A DNA stretch of 32,000 nt from Pseudothioglobus sp. nBUS_23 (lineage in GTDB: Bacteria > Pseudomonadota > Gammaproteobacteria > PS1 > Pseudothioglobaceae), in the NCBI RefSeq assembly GCF_051201565.1, contig NZ_CP179200.1, positions 150,001 to 182,000 of the forward strand, read 5' to 3'. The translations under genes were made by a program, and so were the position numbers. Below, piece after piece: positions 9,630-22,391 of the stretch (position 1 is its first letter; every line of letters starts with the position of its first letter). Under the pieces are notes generated by a model, which did not search any database, was not told the origin of the DNA, and was given only the letters and a program-made list of their open reading frames with translations.

Positions 9630-11993
9630 TTAAAGCTGGCCAAGTTTATTCCAGGTTTCAACAACAGTATCTGGATTTAGTGAAATACTTGAAATTTGTT
9701 TCTCCAAAAGCCACTGAGCAAAATCCATATGGTCGGATGGGCCCTGGCCACAAATTCCAATATATTTCCCTTTACGATGACAAGCCTCTATAGCCATAGT
9801 GATCATACTTTTAACAGCACTGTTCCTCTCATCAAAGCCATCTGCAATGAGTCCAGAGTCTCTATCCATGCCAAGCGTAAGCTGAGTTAAATCGTTTGAG
9901 CCAATTGAAAAACCATCAAAGTATTCTAAAAATTCTTCAGCAATCACAGCATTTGAAGGCAGTTCACACATCATTATAATTCTCAGGTCGTCTTTACCTC
10001 GTTCAAGTCCATTATCTTTTAACAGCTCAATAACTTTTGCTGCTTCAGTTGTGGTTCTTACAAATGGAATCATGATTTCAACATTCTTCAAGCCCATTTT
10101 ATTTCTAACATTTTTTATAGCCTGACACTCAAGTTCAAAGCAATCTCTAAAATCAGAAGAAATATAGCGCGACGCACCTCTAAATCCAATCATAGGGTTT
10201 TCTTCATGAGGTTCATAAAGTTCACCAGCAAACAAATTAGAATACTCATTAGATTTGAAGTCTGACATTCGAATAATGACAGGAGATTCAGAAAAACTTG
10301 CTGCAATAGTAGAAATTCCTTCAGTTAGTTTTTGAATATAAAAGTCAACTGGAGACTGATAGCAAGATGTCCTTTTGATGATTTCATCTTTAAGATCGTT
10401 AGGAAGGCTATCAAACTGAAGTAAAGCTTTAGGATGTATACCGATAGTATTATTGATGATAAACTCTAGGCGAGCAAGACCAACACCTGTATTTGGAATG
10501 GTCGCAAAATCAAAGGCACGAGAAGGGTTTCCAACATTCATCATAATCTTGACTGGAATTTCAGGCAAATCCTCTACCTCTGAAAAAGTATGTTCAAAAT
10601 TTAATTTTCCTTGATAAACTTTTCCAGTATCACCCTCAGCACAAGAAGCAGTGACTTCATGATTATTTTCTAGCAGCTCAGTAGCATTCCCTGTCCCCAC
10701 TATTGCAGGAACTCCAAGTTCTCTTGCGATTATTGCTGCATGACAAGTTCTACCACCTCTATTTGTTATAATCGCAGACGCCAGTTTCATTACAGGCTCC
10801 CAGTCAGGGTCAGTCATATCAGTGACAAGAATATCACCTTTGTTGACAGAGCCCATTTCGGATAAATCATTAATGATCTTCGTTTTGCCACTACCAATTT
10901 TTTGCCCAATGGCCCTACCTTCAACAATAATCTTTGAAGTTTCAAGGAGTTTATAGCGTTCAATATTTTGTGAGCTTTGTCTACTTTTTACTGTTTCAGG
11001 CCTTGCCTGTACAATGTAGATTTTTCCATCTAGGCCGTCAAGAGCCCATTCAATATCCATTGCTCTGCCATAATGAGATTCAATTTTCATTGCGAAGTGC
11101 GCAAGTTCTTCAATTTGAGAGTCACTCAGGCTAAACTTCATTCGATCCTTAGAGTCAACCTCTGTTGTAGTGACTGGCGACTTCGCATTGTCATCAGCAT
11201 AAATCATTTTTATTGATTTTGAGCCAAGATTTCTGGATAAGATTGCTGGCTTTCCAGATGCTAAAGTTGATTTATGAACATAAAACTCATCTGGATTGAC
11301 TGACCCTTGGACAACAGTTTCACCGAGTCCATAAGCAGATGTTATAAACACAACATCATCAAACCCCGATTCAGTGTCTAAAGTAAACATGACGCCACTT
11401 GAACCAATATCACTGCGAACCATTTGTTGAATTCCAGCTGATAATGAAACCATATCGTGCTCAAAGCCTTGATGCACTCTATAAGAGATAGCACGATCGT
11501 TATAAAGTGATGCAAATACCTTGCGAACAGCAGTTAAGATATTCTCTATTCCGCTAACATTTAAGTAGGTTTCTTGCTGACCAGCAAATGAAGCTTCGGG
11601 TAAGTCTTCAGCAGTTGCAGAGGATCTCACTGCAAATGTAACTTCAGGTCCGAGCTGCTGAGTAAGCTCATCATAGCTTTTGACAATTGACTGATGAAGT
11701 TCGTCAGGAAATGGGGCTTCTTCAACCCATTGTCTTATCAATAATCCAGTTTTTGTAAGTGCTGAAATGTCAGTAATATCTAGATCAGAGAGAAGCTTAT
11801 TAATCTTATTTTTTAGATCTGAGTGCTCTAAAAAAGATTCAAACGCTTCAGCTGTTGTTGCAAAACCACCTGGGACTCGAACCCCTTGAGATTCTAGGCC
11901 GCTTATCATTTCTCCAAGCGAAGCATTTTTTCCGCCAACTTTATCTACATCGGACATTCCGACATCTTTTAGCCAGATTACATTCTCAATCAT
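9630..11993 (-). CDS. ppsA: Phosphoenolpyruvate synthase (pyruvate, water dikinase)
   Basis: 787 aa with the N-terminal ATP-grasp segment ([11 protein letters not shown]), the phosphohistidine segment [15 protein letters not shown] and a C-terminal PEP-utilising TIM domain. AAAGGGG precedes the ATG on the minus strand. Confidence 0.96.
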   Translation of the reverse strand: MIENVIWLKDVGMSDVDKVGGKNASLGEMISGLESQGVRVPGGFATTAEAFESFLEHSDLKNKINKLLSDLDITDISALTKTGLLIRQWVEEAPFPDELHQSIVKSYDELTQQLGPEVTFAVRSSATAEDLPEASFAGQQETYLNVSGIENILTAVRKVFASLYNDRAISYRVHQGFEHDMVSLSAGIQQMVRSDIGSSGVMFTLDTESGFDDVVFITSAYGLGETVVQGSVNPDEFYVHKSTLASGKPAILSRNLGSKSIKMIYADDNAKSPVTTTEVDSKDRMKFSLSDSQIEELAHFAMKIESHYGRAMDIEWALDGLDGKIYIVQARPETVKSRQSSQNIERYKLLETSKIIVEGRAIGQKIGSGKTKIINDLSEMGSVNKGDILVTDMTDPDWEPVMKLASAIITNRGGRTCHAAIIARELGVPAIVGTGNATELLENNHEVTASCAEGDTGKVYQGKLNFEHTFSEVEDLPEIPVKIMMNVGNPSRAFDFATIPNTGVGLARLEFIINNTIGIHPKALLQFDSLPNDLKDEIIKRTSCYQSPVDFYIQKLTEGISTIAASFSESPVIIRMSDFKSNEYSNLFAGELYEPHEENPMIGFRGASRYISSDFRDCFELECQAIKNVRNKMGLKNVEIMIPFVRTTTEAAKVIELLKDNGLERGKDDLRIIMMCELPSNAVIAEEFLEYFDGFSIGSNDLTQLTLGMDRDSGLIADGFDERNSAVKSMITMAIEACHRKGKYIGICGQGPSDHMDFAQWLLEKQISSISLNPDTVVETWNKLGQL

Positions 11994-12245
11994 GAGGCCC
12001 CTTTATTTGAAGTGCTAATATAGAAATACGATGGGATGACAGCTATTTTTGACACAAAATGTAATAATAGAGTTTTTCACCAAAAGTATAATTTTAATAC
12101 ATAAAAAAGCAGCTGAACTAGACATTCTCATCGAGAGTCCATTTTTTATCACAATACGACAATGTTATTATATTGCAATTGAATATTTTTCCTCATATTT
12201 GCCTTTATACAGGCTTTTGAGAGCTGGATGATAGAAAAAAAAATG

Positions 12246-12251
12246 TATAAT
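12246..12251 (+). promoter_or_regulatory. Candidate -10 hexamer (TATAAT) for the tkt operon
   Basis: A perfect TATAAT lies 35 nt upstream of the tkt ATG. There is no good -35 at 17 nt (GCTGGA), and TTGAGA at 12217-12222 is too far away. Sequence only. Confidence 0.35.
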
Positions 12252-12286
12252 TTAGGGTTCATAATTTTTTTCATAGGTTTTTAATA

Positions 12287-14275
12287 ATGGCTACACAATT
12301 TGAATTAGCAAATGCAATTCGTGCCTTGAGCATGGATGCTGTGCAAAAGGCAAAAAGCGGTCATCCTGGGGCACCCATGGGTATGGCTGACATTGCAGAA
12401 GTGCTTTGGAATAAACACCTAAAATTTAATCCATCGAATGCGAACTGGGCTGATCGAGATCGTTTTGTGTTATCTAACGGCCATGGTTCAATGCTTATTT
12501 ATTCATTACTGCATTTGACAGGTTTTGACTTAAGTATTGAAGAACTGAGAAATTTCCGTCAACTACACTCAAAAACCCCAGGTCATCCAGAGTATGGTTA
12601 CGCAGATGGAGTTGAAACAACAACTGGACCTTTAGGTCAGGGCATTTCAAATGCTGTTGGTATGGCCATAGCAGAGAGAACTCTTGCAGCACAATTCAAT
12701 AAACCAGGACACTCAATTGTGAATCACTTCACTTATGTCTTTATGGGAGATGGCTGTTTAATGGAAGGTTTGTCGCATGAGTCATGCGCTTTAGCGGGGA
12801 CCTTAGGTTTAGGAAAATTAATCGCATTTTGGGACGACAATGATATTTCAATTGATGGCCACATTGGTGACTGGATGGAAAAAGGTGTTCCTACTCGTTT
12901 CAAATCCTACAACTGGCATGTGATTTCTGATGTCGATGGACATGACCCTGAGGCAATAAATGCTGCGATTATTGAGGCTAAGTCAATCGATGATAGGCCT
13001 ACATTAATTTGTACGAAAACTATTATTGGTTATGGATCACCAAACTTAGCTGGTTCACATAATTGTCATGGTGCGCCATTAGGTGAGGAAGAAATAGCTA
13101 AGACTAGAGAAAATATTGGGTGGAATCATGAGCCTTTTGAGATTCCACAAGAGATATATGATGGCTGGAGTCACAAAGCTCAAGGTAAAGATGTAGAAGA
13201 TGAGTGGAATGAAAAGTTTAGAGCTTATAGTGCCTCATTTCCAGATGAAGCAGCTGAATTTGAGCGTCGAATGGCTGGAACATTGCCAGAAAATTTTTCA
13301 GTTAAGATGGATGAGTATATTGCTAAAACTCAAGAAGATATGCCTAATATAGCCTCTAGGAAAGCCTCGCAAAATGCTATTGAGGCTATGGGTCCAATTG
13401 TTCCTGAGTTGTTTGGTGGTTCTGCAGATTTGACTGGTTCGAATTTAACAAACTGGTCCGGCTCTGTTATTGTTAATGCTGAAAATGCCAATGGAAATTA
13501 TATTTCTTGGGGCGTAAGAGAGTTTGGAATGGCAGTCATGATGAATGGAATGGTTTTGCACGGAGGTTTTAAAGTCTATGGTGCAACTTTCCTGATGTTT
13601 ATGGAATATATGCGAAATGCTTTGCGCATGGCAGCAATGATGAAGATTGGAACCATTTTTGTTTATTCACACGACTCAATAGGCCTCGGTGAAGATGGGC
13701 CAACACACCAAGCAGTAGAACAGATTGCTACGATGAGAGTTATTCCAAATTTTCAAACTTGGAGGGCTTGTGATGCAATAGAGTCAGCTGTCTCCTGGAA
13801 AATTGCTATGCTTAGAGGCGAAGCACCAACAGCACTTATTTTCTCCAGGCAAAATCTAACACCGATGGAAAGAACAAATGATCAGTTAAAAGCCATAGAA
13901 AAGGGTGGTTATGTCCTTTCTGACTGTAATGGAGAGGCTGATGTAATACTGATTGCTTCTGGTTCTGAGGTTTCACTTGCAATGGAGTCAGCAAAAGTAA
14001 TGAATAATAGAAAGGTTCGAGTCGTATCCATGCCATCAACAAATGCCTTTGACGAACAAGATCAAGACTATAAGGATTCAGTATTGACTCCAGGGGTCAA
14101 GAGAGTTGCAATTGAGGCAGGTGTTGCAGAGTCTTGGTATAAATATGTAGGCCTAGATGGAGGCATTGTTGCGATGAGTACTTATGGAGAGTCTGCACCT
14201 GCAGGCGAGTTATTTAAACATTTTGGTTTTACTGTAGAGAATGTTTTATCTACAGTTGATGAGGTTTTAAGTTAA
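12287..14275 (+). CDS. tkt: Transketolase
   Basis: 662 aa. [21 protein letters not shown], the GDGCLMEG ThDP motif and GEDGPTHQ are hallmark transketolase sequences. Confidence 0.96.
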   Translation: MATQFELANAIRALSMDAVQKAKSGHPGAPMGMADIAEVLWNKHLKFNPSNANWADRDRFVLSNGHGSMLIYSLLHLTGFDLSIEELRNFRQLHSKTPGHPEYGYADGVETTTGPLGQGISNAVGMAIAERTLAAQFNKPGHSIVNHFTYVFMGDGCLMEGLSHESCALAGTLGLGKLIAFWDDNDISIDGHIGDWMEKGVPTRFKSYNWHVISDVDGHDPEAINAAIIEAKSIDDRPTLICTKTIIGYGSPNLAGSHNCHGAPLGEEEIAKTRENIGWNHEPFEIPQEIYDGWSHKAQGKDVEDEWNEKFRAYSASFPDEAAEFERRMAGTLPENFSVKMDEYIAKTQEDMPNIASRKASQNAIEAMGPIVPELFGGSADLTGSNLTNWSGSVIVNAENANGNYISWGVREFGMAVMMNGMVLHGGFKVYGATFLMFMEYMRNALRMAAMMKIGTIFVYSHDSIGLGEDGPTHQAVEQIATMRVIPNFQTWRACDAIESAVSWKIAMLRGEAPTALIFSRQNLTPMERTNDQLKAIEKGGYVLSDCNGEADVILIASGSEVSLAMESAKVMNNRKVRVVSMPSTNAFDEQDQDYKDSVLTPGVKRVAIEAGVAESWYKYVGLDGGIVAMSTYGESAPAGELFKHFGFTVENVLSTVDEVLS

Positions 14276-14287
14276 TTAATTTTTTAG

Positions 14288-15295
<1,008 letters not shown>

Positions 15296-15323
15296 TATTG
15301 TTTCTATTTAGTTGGAGCATTTG

Positions 15324-16496
15324 ATGAACTTACTTAAGATGACTGATCTGGACTTAAACGGTAAGAGAGTCTTAATTAGACAGGACTTAAATGTTCCAAT
15401 AAAAAATGGTGAAGTAACAAGTGATAAAAGAATTGTCGCCTCATTGCCAACCATACTGAGCGCCTCTAAAGCTGGCGGCAAAGTGATGATTACATCACAT
15501 CTTGGAAGGCCAAATGCGGGTGAGTTTGAAGAAAAATTCTCTCTTCAACCTGTTGCAAATCATCTTTCAAAATTACTAGGACAAAAAGTTAGGCTCATAT
15601 CAAATTGGCTTGATGGAATAGAGATGGAGAATGGTGAGGTAGTTCTGTGCGAAAACGTTAGATTTAATGAGGGTGAAAAAGAAAACGACGAGGCTTTGTC
15701 AAGAAAAATGGCAGCGTTATGTGATATCTGTGTGCAAGATGCTTTTGGAACCGCTCATAGGTCTCATGCATCAACCTATGGCGTTACTGAATTTGCACCA
15801 GTATCATGTGCGGGACCACTTTTAGTTGGAGAATTGGAGGCACTCGGTAAAGCGCTTGATAACCCAAAGAGACCAATGGTAGCAATTGTGGGAGGTTCAA
15901 AAGTTTCCACAAAATTAACAGTATTGGACGCGCTTTCCAAGGTAGTTGATCAGCTCGTTGTGGGCGGCGGTATTGCAAATACATTTATCGCAGCACAAGG
16001 AAATAGTGTTGGTCAATCATTATGTGAGCATGATCTTATTCCAACAGCTCAATCATTAATGGAGCATTGTCAAATTCCTGTTCCTGGTGATGTGGTGTGT
16101 GGTAAAGAGTTTTCAGAATTTGCTACGGCTGAAAGTAAAAATTCTAGTGCAGTTGCTCCAGACGATATGATTTTTGATATTGGACCAAACTCAACTTCAG
16201 AGCTTTGTGAGATTATGAAAAACGCAGGAACAATTGTATGGAATGGCCCTGTAGGTGTTTTTGAATTTGATCAGTTTGCTAGAGGGACTGAGCTCTTGGC
16301 AACAGCAATTGCAGAGTCTGATGCTTTTTCAATTGCAGGCGGAGGGGATACTCTGGCCGCGGTAGATAAGTTTAAAATTGAAGATAAAATATCTTATATT
16401 TCTACTGGGGGCGGGGCATTTTTAGAGTTTCTTGAGGGAAAAAAATTGCCTGTTGTTGAGATTCTTGAGAAAAGAATGCAATCATCTGATGATTAA
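15324..16496 (+). CDS. pgk: Phosphoglycerate kinase
   Basis: [25 protein letters not shown] mirrors the enterobacterial Pgk N-terminus. I prefer ATG 15324 over the ORF-track TTG 15312 because GGAG (15314-15317) lies 6 nt upstream. The C-terminal STGGGA motif is present. Confidence 0.95.
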   Translation: MNLLKMTDLDLNGKRVLIRQDLNVPIKNGEVTSDKRIVASLPTILSASKAGGKVMITSHLGRPNAGEFEEKFSLQPVANHLSKLLGQKVRLISNWLDGIEMENGEVVLCENVRFNEGEKENDEALSRKMAALCDICVQDAFGTAHRSHASTYGVTEFAPVSCAGPLLVGELEALGKALDNPKRPMVAIVGGSKVSTKLTVLDALSKVVDQLVVGGGIANTFIAAQGNSVGQSLCEHDLIPTAQSLMEHCQIPVPGDVVCGKEFSEFATAESKNSSAVAPDDMIFDIGPNSTSELCEIMKNAGTIVWNGPVGVFEFDQFARGTELLATAIAESDAFSIAGGGDTLAAVDKFKIEDKISYISTGGGAFLEFLEGKKLPVVEILEKRMQSSDD

Positions 16497-17937
16497 GAGA
16501 AGAACTAAAATTCTAGCCACGCTTGGCCCTTCTACTGATGATCCAGAGGTTTTAAAAGGCATTTTGGACGCAGGAGTTAATGTTGTGCGTATTAATTTTT
16601 CTCATAATGATGAACAAGAGCACCTTGCACGTATAGCTCAGGTAAGACAATATGAAAAAGAAAACGATGCTTTTATTGGATTAATGATGGATTTGCAAGG
16701 TCCAAAGATCAGAATTGGCTCGTTTAAAACAGAAAAGATTGAACTTAAGAAAGGTGACCAGTTTACTCTTGATGCCGGACTATCTGAGAATGATGGTGAT
16801 CAGAGTAAAGTAGGCCTGGCTTATAAACAACTTCCAAGTGATCTGAATTCTGGAAATATTCTTTTACTCGATGATGGAAAAATAATTCTTGAGGTTAAAA
16901 AAATTTCTAGAGATAAAATCATAACTCAGGTTAGTCAAGGCGGTGTCCTCTCTAATAATAAGGGCATTAATTTACGTGGGGGTGGATTGAGCGCAAGTGC
17001 TTTAACTGAAAAAGATAAAAAAGATATTATTACAGCTGCTAAAGCAGACGCAGATTATGTAGCAATCTCTTTTCCAGTGAATGCTGATGATGTTCGAGAA
17101 ACTAAGAGACTACTGGCAGAGGCAGGCTCAAACGCAAGCGTTATAGCAAAAATTGAAAGAGCCGAGTCATTGCAAGATGATGTCATTACTGAAATAATTC
17201 AAGAGTCAGCTGGAATCATGGTGGCTCGTGGAGACCTTGGTGTTGAGATTGGAGACCCACAATTGCCAGCTCAACAAAAACGTTTAATACAACTTGCAAG
17301 AGCTAATGACAGATTTGTTATTACTGCAACTCAAATGCTTGAATCAATGATCGTTAGCCCTATCCCAACCAGAGCTGAGGTTTTTGATGTAGCAAATGCT
17401 GTACTTGATGGGACAGATGCAGTTATGCTATCAGCGGAGACTGCGGTGGGTTCATATCCAATTAAAGCAGTTAAAACTATGAGTGATGTATGTATTGAGG
17501 CAGAGAAGAGTCCAACTGCAAAAGTCTCACACCATAGGCTACATGAGAATTTTGAAGGTGTTGATGAAACGATTGCTATGAGTTCAATGTATGCAGCCAA
17601 TCATCTTGGTGCAAAAGTTGTAGCGACTCTCACTCAAACTGGGAAAACAGCTCTTTGGATGTCAAGAATTAGTTCAAACATTTCAATTGTTGCGATGTCT
17701 GACAATTATAAAACATTAAAAAAAGTTACTATATATAGAGGGGTATACCCTTGCTCTATAGAAAAAAATAGTGCTGATGATTGGAATGATGTAAATAGTA
17801 AGGTTATTGAAAACCTTATCAACAAGTCTGTGGTGGATGATAAAGACATAGTTATTGTTACGAAGGGGATGCATAAAGATAAATCAGGAGGTACAAATCT
17901 GATGAAAATTTTGCGTGTTGGTGATGGAAATTATTAA
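16489..17937 (+). CDS. pyk: Pyruvate kinase
   Basis: [15 protein letters not shown] is a canonical Pyk start, and the [11 protein letters not shown] motif is present. I chose ATG 16489, which overlaps the pgk stop by 8 nt (ATGATTAA). The ORF-track start at 16432 would add a non-homologous 19-aa extension inside pgk. Confidence 0.93.
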   Translation: MIKRRTKILATLGPSTDDPEVLKGILDAGVNVVRINFSHNDEQEHLARIAQVRQYEKENDAFIGLMMDLQGPKIRIGSFKTEKIELKKGDQFTLDAGLSENDGDQSKVGLAYKQLPSDLNSGNILLLDDGKIILEVKKISRDKIITQVSQGGVLSNNKGINLRGGGLSASALTEKDKKDIITAAKADADYVAISFPVNADDVRETKRLLAEAGSNASVIAKIERAESLQDDVITEIIQESAGIMVARGDLGVEIGDPQLPAQQKRLIQLARANDRFVITATQMLESMIVSPIPTRAEVFDVANAVLDGTDAVMLSAETAVGSYPIKAVKTMSDVCIEAEKSPTAKVSHHRLHENFEGVDETIAMSSMYAANHLGAKVVATLTQTGKTALWMSRISSNISIVAMSDNYKTLKKVTIYRGVYPCSIEKNSADDWNDVNSKVIENLINKSVVDDKDIVIVTKGMHKDKSGGTNLMKILRVGDGNY

Positions 17938-17960
17938 TAGAAAATAAAAAGGTGAATAAT

Positions 17961-19022
17961 ATGGTAAATAATCAAGAAGAGTTAAGGCAGACAGCAAATG
18001 AACTTGCTGCTAAAGGTAAAGGATTGCTTGCAGTGGATGAATCTACTCCAACTATTGGGAAGCGACTTGCAGGTATCAATGTAGAAAATACTGAAGAAAA
18101 TCGTCAGGCTTATCGCGGTATGCTGTTCACAACTGAAGGGCTTGGGAAATTTATCAGTGGCGCTATTCTTTTTGAGGAGACACTTTATCAAAACCATCTT
18201 GATGGCGAAGCTATGGTTTCAAAAATAAAAAAGTTAGGCATTATCCCTGGAATCAAGGTGGATAAGGGCCTTAGCCCTCTAGCTGGAGCACATGAAGTTG
18301 AAACATGGTGTAAAGGCTTAGAAGGTTTAGCGGAGAGGACTGCTGAGTATTATAAGCAGGGAGCAAGATTTGCGAAATGGCGTGCAGTTCTTCAAATTAC
18401 TGCTGACGGCTGTCCAACTGATCTTGCAATTAGAGAGAATGCATGGGGTTTAGCTCGATATGCTAAGATTTGCCAAGAATCAGGACTTGTTCCAATCATT
18501 GAGCCTGAAATTCTTATGGATGGTGATCACACGATTGAAAAGACTGCAGAAGTTCAAGAAAAAGTCCTGGTTGAGGTTTATAAAGCTTGTTCAGAAAATA
18601 ATGTGTTTTTAGAAGGCACATTGCTAAAACCTTCTATGACAGTTTCAGGTGCAGATAACAAAAATAAAGCTGGATCTGAAGAGGTTGCTAAGATGACTGT
18701 TAGGACAATGAACCGATGCGTTCCAGCAGCAGTTCCTGGCATCATGTTTCTATCTGGAGGTTTAACTGAAGAGGATGCCTCTGTTTACTTAAATACCATG
18801 AATAGTATCGAACACAAGAGTGCTACAAGTCTCACCTTCTCATATGGAAGAGCCTTACAGCAATCTTGTCTTCAGGCCTGGAATGGAGAAAATCTAGAGG
18901 CCGGTCAGAAAGCATTATTGGCAAGATGTCAGGCTAATTCCGAGGCTTCTACAGGAGACTATGTTGCCGGTTCTCAGCCATCGTCACAAGAGACTCTTTT
19001 TGAAGCTGGATATAAGTATTAA
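17961..19022 (+). CDS. fba: Fructose-bisphosphate aldolase, class I (eukaryote-type, Schiff-base)
   Basis: GKGLLAVDESTPTIGKRL, NTEENRQAYR, ILFEETLYQ, the Schiff-base lysine context LEGTLLKPSM and a C-terminal Tyr are all present. I prefer ATG 17961, which is preceded by AAGGTG (17949-17954), over GTG 17952. Confidence 0.9.
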   Translation: MVNNQEELRQTANELAAKGKGLLAVDESTPTIGKRLAGINVENTEENRQAYRGMLFTTEGLGKFISGAILFEETLYQNHLDGEAMVSKIKKLGIIPGIKVDKGLSPLAGAHEVETWCKGLEGLAERTAEYYKQGARFAKWRAVLQITADGCPTDLAIRENAWGLARYAKICQESGLVPIIEPEILMDGDHTIEKTAEVQEKVLVEVYKACSENNVFLEGTLLKPSMTVSGADNKNKAGSEEVAKMTVRTMNRCVPAAVPGIMFLSGGLTEEDASVYLNTMNSIEHKSATSLTFSYGRALQQSCLQAWNGENLEAGQKALLARCQANSEASTGDYVAGSQPSSQETLFEAGYKY

Positions 19023-19052
19023 TTTTGATTAAGAATCATGCCCTGACTAAAT

Positions 19053-19082
19053 TTATCAAGTCATAGGCTTAAGGCGTATAAT
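19053..19082 (+). promoter_or_regulatory. Candidate mnmG promoter overlapping the fba terminator
   Basis: TTATCA (19053-19058), an 18-nt spacer, then a perfect TATAAT (19077-19082). The predicted start falls inside the 5' arm of the terminator hairpin. Sequence only. Confidence 0.3.
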
Positions 19083-19085
19083 TGA

Positions 19086-19111
19086 GGGTCCGATTTATCG
19101 GGCCCTTTTTT
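19086..19111 (+). terminator. Rho-independent terminator after fba
   Basis: GGGTCCGA (19086-19093) pairs with TCGGGCCC (19098-19105) in an 8-bp GC-rich stem with one G-U pair and a 4-nt loop, followed by T6 (19106-19111). Confidence 0.75.
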
Positions 19112-19129
19112 ATTGAAATCTAATTAAGA

Positions 19130-21001
19130 ATGAAACAAAGTAAATATTACCCTGTAATTGTAGTTGGAGGCGGCCATGCTGGAACTGAAGCTGCACTTGC
19201 CTCAGCTCGAATGGGTGTGGATACATTGTTAATCACTCACAATATAGAAACTATTGGCCAGATGAGTTGTAATCCAGCCATCGGAGGAATAGGGAAAGGA
19301 CATCTTGTAAAAGAGATTGATGCTATGGGCGGTTCAATGGCAAGAGCAATCGATTTATCTGGCATACAGTTTAGAACTCTAAATGCATCAAAAGGTCCTG
19401 CAGTAAGAGCTACAAGAGCTCAAGCAGACAGACTATTGTATAAAGCCGAAATCAGAAATATAGTTGAAAATCAAGAGAATTTAACAATATTTCAGCAGCC
19501 AGTCGATGATTTAATTTTAGAAAATAATAGGGTTAAAGGCGTAGTTACACAAATGGGCCTTGAATTTTTTGCAGACAGAGTTATTTTGACTTCGGGTACC
19601 TTTTTGGGTGGAATAATTCATATTGGTCAACAAAATTATCAGGGCGGAAGGGCTGGAGATGCTCCTGCCAACATACTATCTAAAAGACTAAGATCCTATG
19701 ATTTAGGCGTTGGAAGGCTTAAAACTGGGACGCCACCAAGACTGGACGGTAGAACAATTAATTTCAATGTTCTTCAAAAACAAGAGGGAGATAACCCATT
19801 ACCGAGCTTTTCATTTTTAGGTAAATCATCAGATCACCCTGAACAGATACCTTGCTTCATAACACATACCAACTCAAAAACCCATGAGTTCATCAATAAT
19901 GGCCTGAAAGACTCACCACTTTTTAGTGGCAAAATTGAAGGTGTTGGCCCAAGATATTGCCCTTCAATTGAAGATAAAGTTGTAAGGTTTGCAGAACGTG
20001 ATTCACATCAAATATTTGTTGAGCCTGAAGGTTTAACTACTCACGAGGTTTACCCGAATGGTATCTCTACTTCGTTACCTTATGAGGTTCAAGAAGAATT
20101 TGTGAACTCAATTAAGGGCTTTGAAAATGCCAAGATAATCCGTCCAGGATACGCCATTGAGTATGATTTTTTTGATCCAAGAGGTTTAAAACAGACCCTA
20201 GAAGTTAAGAAAATATCTGGCCTATTCTTCGCTGGTCAGATTAATGGTACAACTGGATACGAAGAGGCAGCGGCACAGGGGTTGCTTGCAGGAATTAACG
20301 CAGCACTTCAAGTTCAAGAAAAGAATGCATGGATTCCTAAGAGAGATGAGTCTTACATTGGAGTAATGGTTGATGACTTAACAACTAAGGGAGCAACCGA
20401 ACCATATAGGATGTTCACCTCAAGGGCTGAATACCGATTATTGCTAAGAGAAGATAATGCAGATGAGAGATTGACACCACAGGCGAGAGAGTTGGGGCTT
20501 ATCAATGATTTTCGCTGGGAAGCCTTCAATGGAAAGTATGAGCAGGTTGCTAATGAAAAAAAACGCTTAAAGACTTTTTGGATCCAATCAGATGATAGTC
20601 AAGCAGAACAAGTGCTTGGAATAAAATTGAATCATGAATATAGCCTAGAAGCTTTGCTTAAAAGACCCAATATCAATTACAAATTACTAAGTAAAATTGA
20701 AAAGGCTAAACCCTTTTTAGAAGATAAATTGATTATTGAGCAGGTCGAGAATCAAATTAAATATGAGGGTTATATTAAAAGGCAGTTGGACGAAATTGAA
20801 AAATATCGTAAAAATGAAAATACAAAGCTCTCTTCAAATATTGATTACAATGAGATTAAAGCGTTGTCAAATGAAGTAAGACAAAAGTTGAATCAGTTTA
20901 AGCCAGAAACAATAGGTCAGGCCAGTAGAATTCAAGGCGTGACTCCTGCATCAATTTCGATACTCCTTGTATTTCTAAAAACCTATAAAACGCATTCGTG
21001 A
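19130..21001 (+). CDS. mnmG: tRNA uridine 5-carboxymethylaminomethyl modification enzyme MnmG (GidA)
   Basis: 623 aa with the FAD-binding N-terminus [14 protein letters not shown] and the [21 protein letters not shown] motif. Confidence 0.96.
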   Translation: MKQSKYYPVIVVGGGHAGTEAALASARMGVDTLLITHNIETIGQMSCNPAIGGIGKGHLVKEIDAMGGSMARAIDLSGIQFRTLNASKGPAVRATRAQADRLLYKAEIRNIVENQENLTIFQQPVDDLILENNRVKGVVTQMGLEFFADRVILTSGTFLGGIIHIGQQNYQGGRAGDAPANILSKRLRSYDLGVGRLKTGTPPRLDGRTINFNVLQKQEGDNPLPSFSFLGKSSDHPEQIPCFITHTNSKTHEFINNGLKDSPLFSGKIEGVGPRYCPSIEDKVVRFAERDSHQIFVEPEGLTTHEVYPNGISTSLPYEVQEEFVNSIKGFENAKIIRPGYAIEYDFFDPRGLKQTLEVKKISGLFFAGQINGTTGYEEAAAQGLLAGINAALQVQEKNAWIPKRDESYIGVMVDDLTTKGATEPYRMFTSRAEYRLLLREDNADERLTPQARELGLINDFRWEAFNGKYEQVANEKKRLKTFWIQSDDSQAEQVLGIKLNHEYSLEALLKRPNINYKLLSKIEKAKPFLEDKLIIEQVENQIKYEGYIKRQLDEIEKYRKNENTKLSSNIDYNEIKALSNEVRQKLNQFKPETIGQASRIQGVTPASISILLVFLKTYKTHS

Positions 21002-21609
21002 ATGAAATAGACAGTCTGCTTTGTGAGGGTGCAGAGCTTATGGATATATCTTTTTCAGATGAGCAGCTTGATCAGCTACTAGCTTATCATGGTCTTATTG
21101 GTAAATGGAATAAGGTCTACAATTTGAGTGCAATACGCGACCCAATTGAGTCAATCAAAAAACATTTTTTGGATAGTCTATCGATTGTTAGTTTTATTCA
21201 ACCTGGAATGCTCTTAGATGTTGGTTCAGGAGCAGGATTACCAGGCATTGTTATTGCAATTATGAAACCAAAAACTAAAGTATTTACAATCGACAGTGTT
21301 GGAAAAAAATGCCGGTTTATGCAAACAGTAAAGACAGAATTATCATTAGAAAACTTGACTGTAGTCAACAATAGGGTTGAAAGCTTCAACTATGAAGAAA
21401 AATTCCCACAAATTGTATCAAGGGCTTTTTCATCTGGAGTTGATACATTAGATAAAACTCGACATTTAATTTCAAGTAATGGGCGTTATTTGCTTATGAA
21501 GGGTGCTAATGTTGACCAAGAAAATCTTCAGAAACTCAGCTTTAAAATTCATTCTATACAAGTACCCTTTGTCTCAGACAAGAGATCACTTTTAGAAATT
21601 AATATATAA
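20998..21609 (+). CDS. rsmG: 16S rRNA (guanine527-N7)-methyltransferase RsmG (GidB)
   Basis: 203 aa with the SAM motif [12 protein letters not shown]. The GTG start overlaps the mnmG TGA (GTGA), and mnmG-rsmG is the conserved gene order. Confidence 0.9.
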   Translation: MNEIDSLLCEGAELMDISFSDEQLDQLLAYHGLIGKWNKVYNLSAIRDPIESIKKHFLDSLSIVSFIQPGMLLDVGSGAGLPGIVIAIMKPKTKVFTIDSVGKKCRFMQTVKTELSLENLTVVNNRVESFNYEEKFPQIVSRAFSSGVDTLDKTRHLISSNGRYLLMKGANVDQENLQKLSFKIHSIQVPFVSDKRSLLEINI

Positions 21610-21616
21610 TTTTGTT

Positions 21617-22387
21617 ATGCAAATAATTGATTCCCATTGCCATATTGATCGTGTAGATCTTGACGCATTTGGTGGAAGTATTGAGTCAATGCTAGATCAT
21701 GCAAGAAATCTTTCAGTCGATAAATTTTTGTGTGTTTGTATAGATCTGGAACATTTTGATGATGTCCATACATTGTCAAAATCTTACCCCAACATCTATT
21801 GTTCTGTTGGTGTTCATCCAACAGAAACAAATTGTAAAGACCCGTCTATTGAAGAGCTTTTAGAGTATGCCAAAAGTAATAGAGTAATTGCTATTGGTGA
21901 GACAGGTCTAGATTATTTTCATGTAAGAAAAGATGAGGCTGATTGGCAGAGAGACAGATTTAGAAGGCATATTGCTGCATCTAATCAGTCGGGGAAGCCA
22001 ATGATTATTCATATGAGAGACTCAAAAGAGGACACAATTGAAATCTTATCGCGAGAGAAAGCAGAAAAAGGCGTTATGCACTGTTTCGCAGAGGATTTGG
22101 AGACTGCTGAAGCTGCAATAGATTTGGGATTCTATATTTCTTTTTCTGGCATTCTTACCTTCAAAAGCGCACAAGATTTAAGGGAAGTGGCAAAACAAAT
22201 TCCTACAGAACGTATTTTAATAGAAACTGATTCTCCTTATCTAACACCAGTCCCTTATAGAGGCAAGCCAAATAGTCCAGCCTATACATACTATGTTGCT
22301 GAAAAGCTTGCTGAGATTCGTAATACGACAATTGGAGAGATTGCAAAAGTAACAACGCAAAATTTTAATCAGTTGTTTTTCTCTTGA
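21617..22387 (+). CDS. TatD-family metal-dependent hydrolase/deoxyribonuclease (YcfH-like)
   Basis: 256 aa with the IDSHCHID N-terminal metal motif, plus GETGLDY, the H in IIHMRD and ETDSPYL, all typical of the TatD family. Confidence 0.85.
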   Translation: MQIIDSHCHIDRVDLDAFGGSIESMLDHARNLSVDKFLCVCIDLEHFDDVHTLSKSYPNIYCSVGVHPTETNCKDPSIEELLEYAKSNRVIAIGETGLDYFHVRKDEADWQRDRFRRHIAASNQSGKPMIIHMRDSKEDTIEILSREKAEKGVMHCFAEDLETAEAAIDLGFYISFSGILTFKSAQDLREVAKQIPTERILIETDSPYLTPVPYRGKPNSPAYTYYVAEKLAEIRNTTIGEIAKVTTQNFNQLFFS

Positions 22388-22391
22388 ACTT

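Noticed and set aside
12049-12231. A 60-aa ORF in the ppsA-tkt intergenic region, and other short ORF-track entries. Examples are 491-745, 1795-2049, 2299-2532, 4859-5092, 5632-5889, 9410-9793, 17331-17600, 21615-21830 and 27382-27663.
   Set aside because: All of these are out-of-frame or antisense overlaps of well-supported long genes, or lie in AT-rich promoter DNA. They have low-complexity, Leu/Ile/Ser-rich composition, no SD and no recognisable motifs, so they are most likely spurious.
19023-19129. A replication origin next to mnmG/rsmG, which is a classical oriC neighbourhood.
   Set aside because: The spacer is only 107 bp and is occupied by a terminator and a possible promoter. I saw no cluster of TTATCCACA-like DnaA boxes and no AT-rich 13-mer array. 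The isolated near-matches, such as TTATCCAAA inside polA, are single and intragenic.
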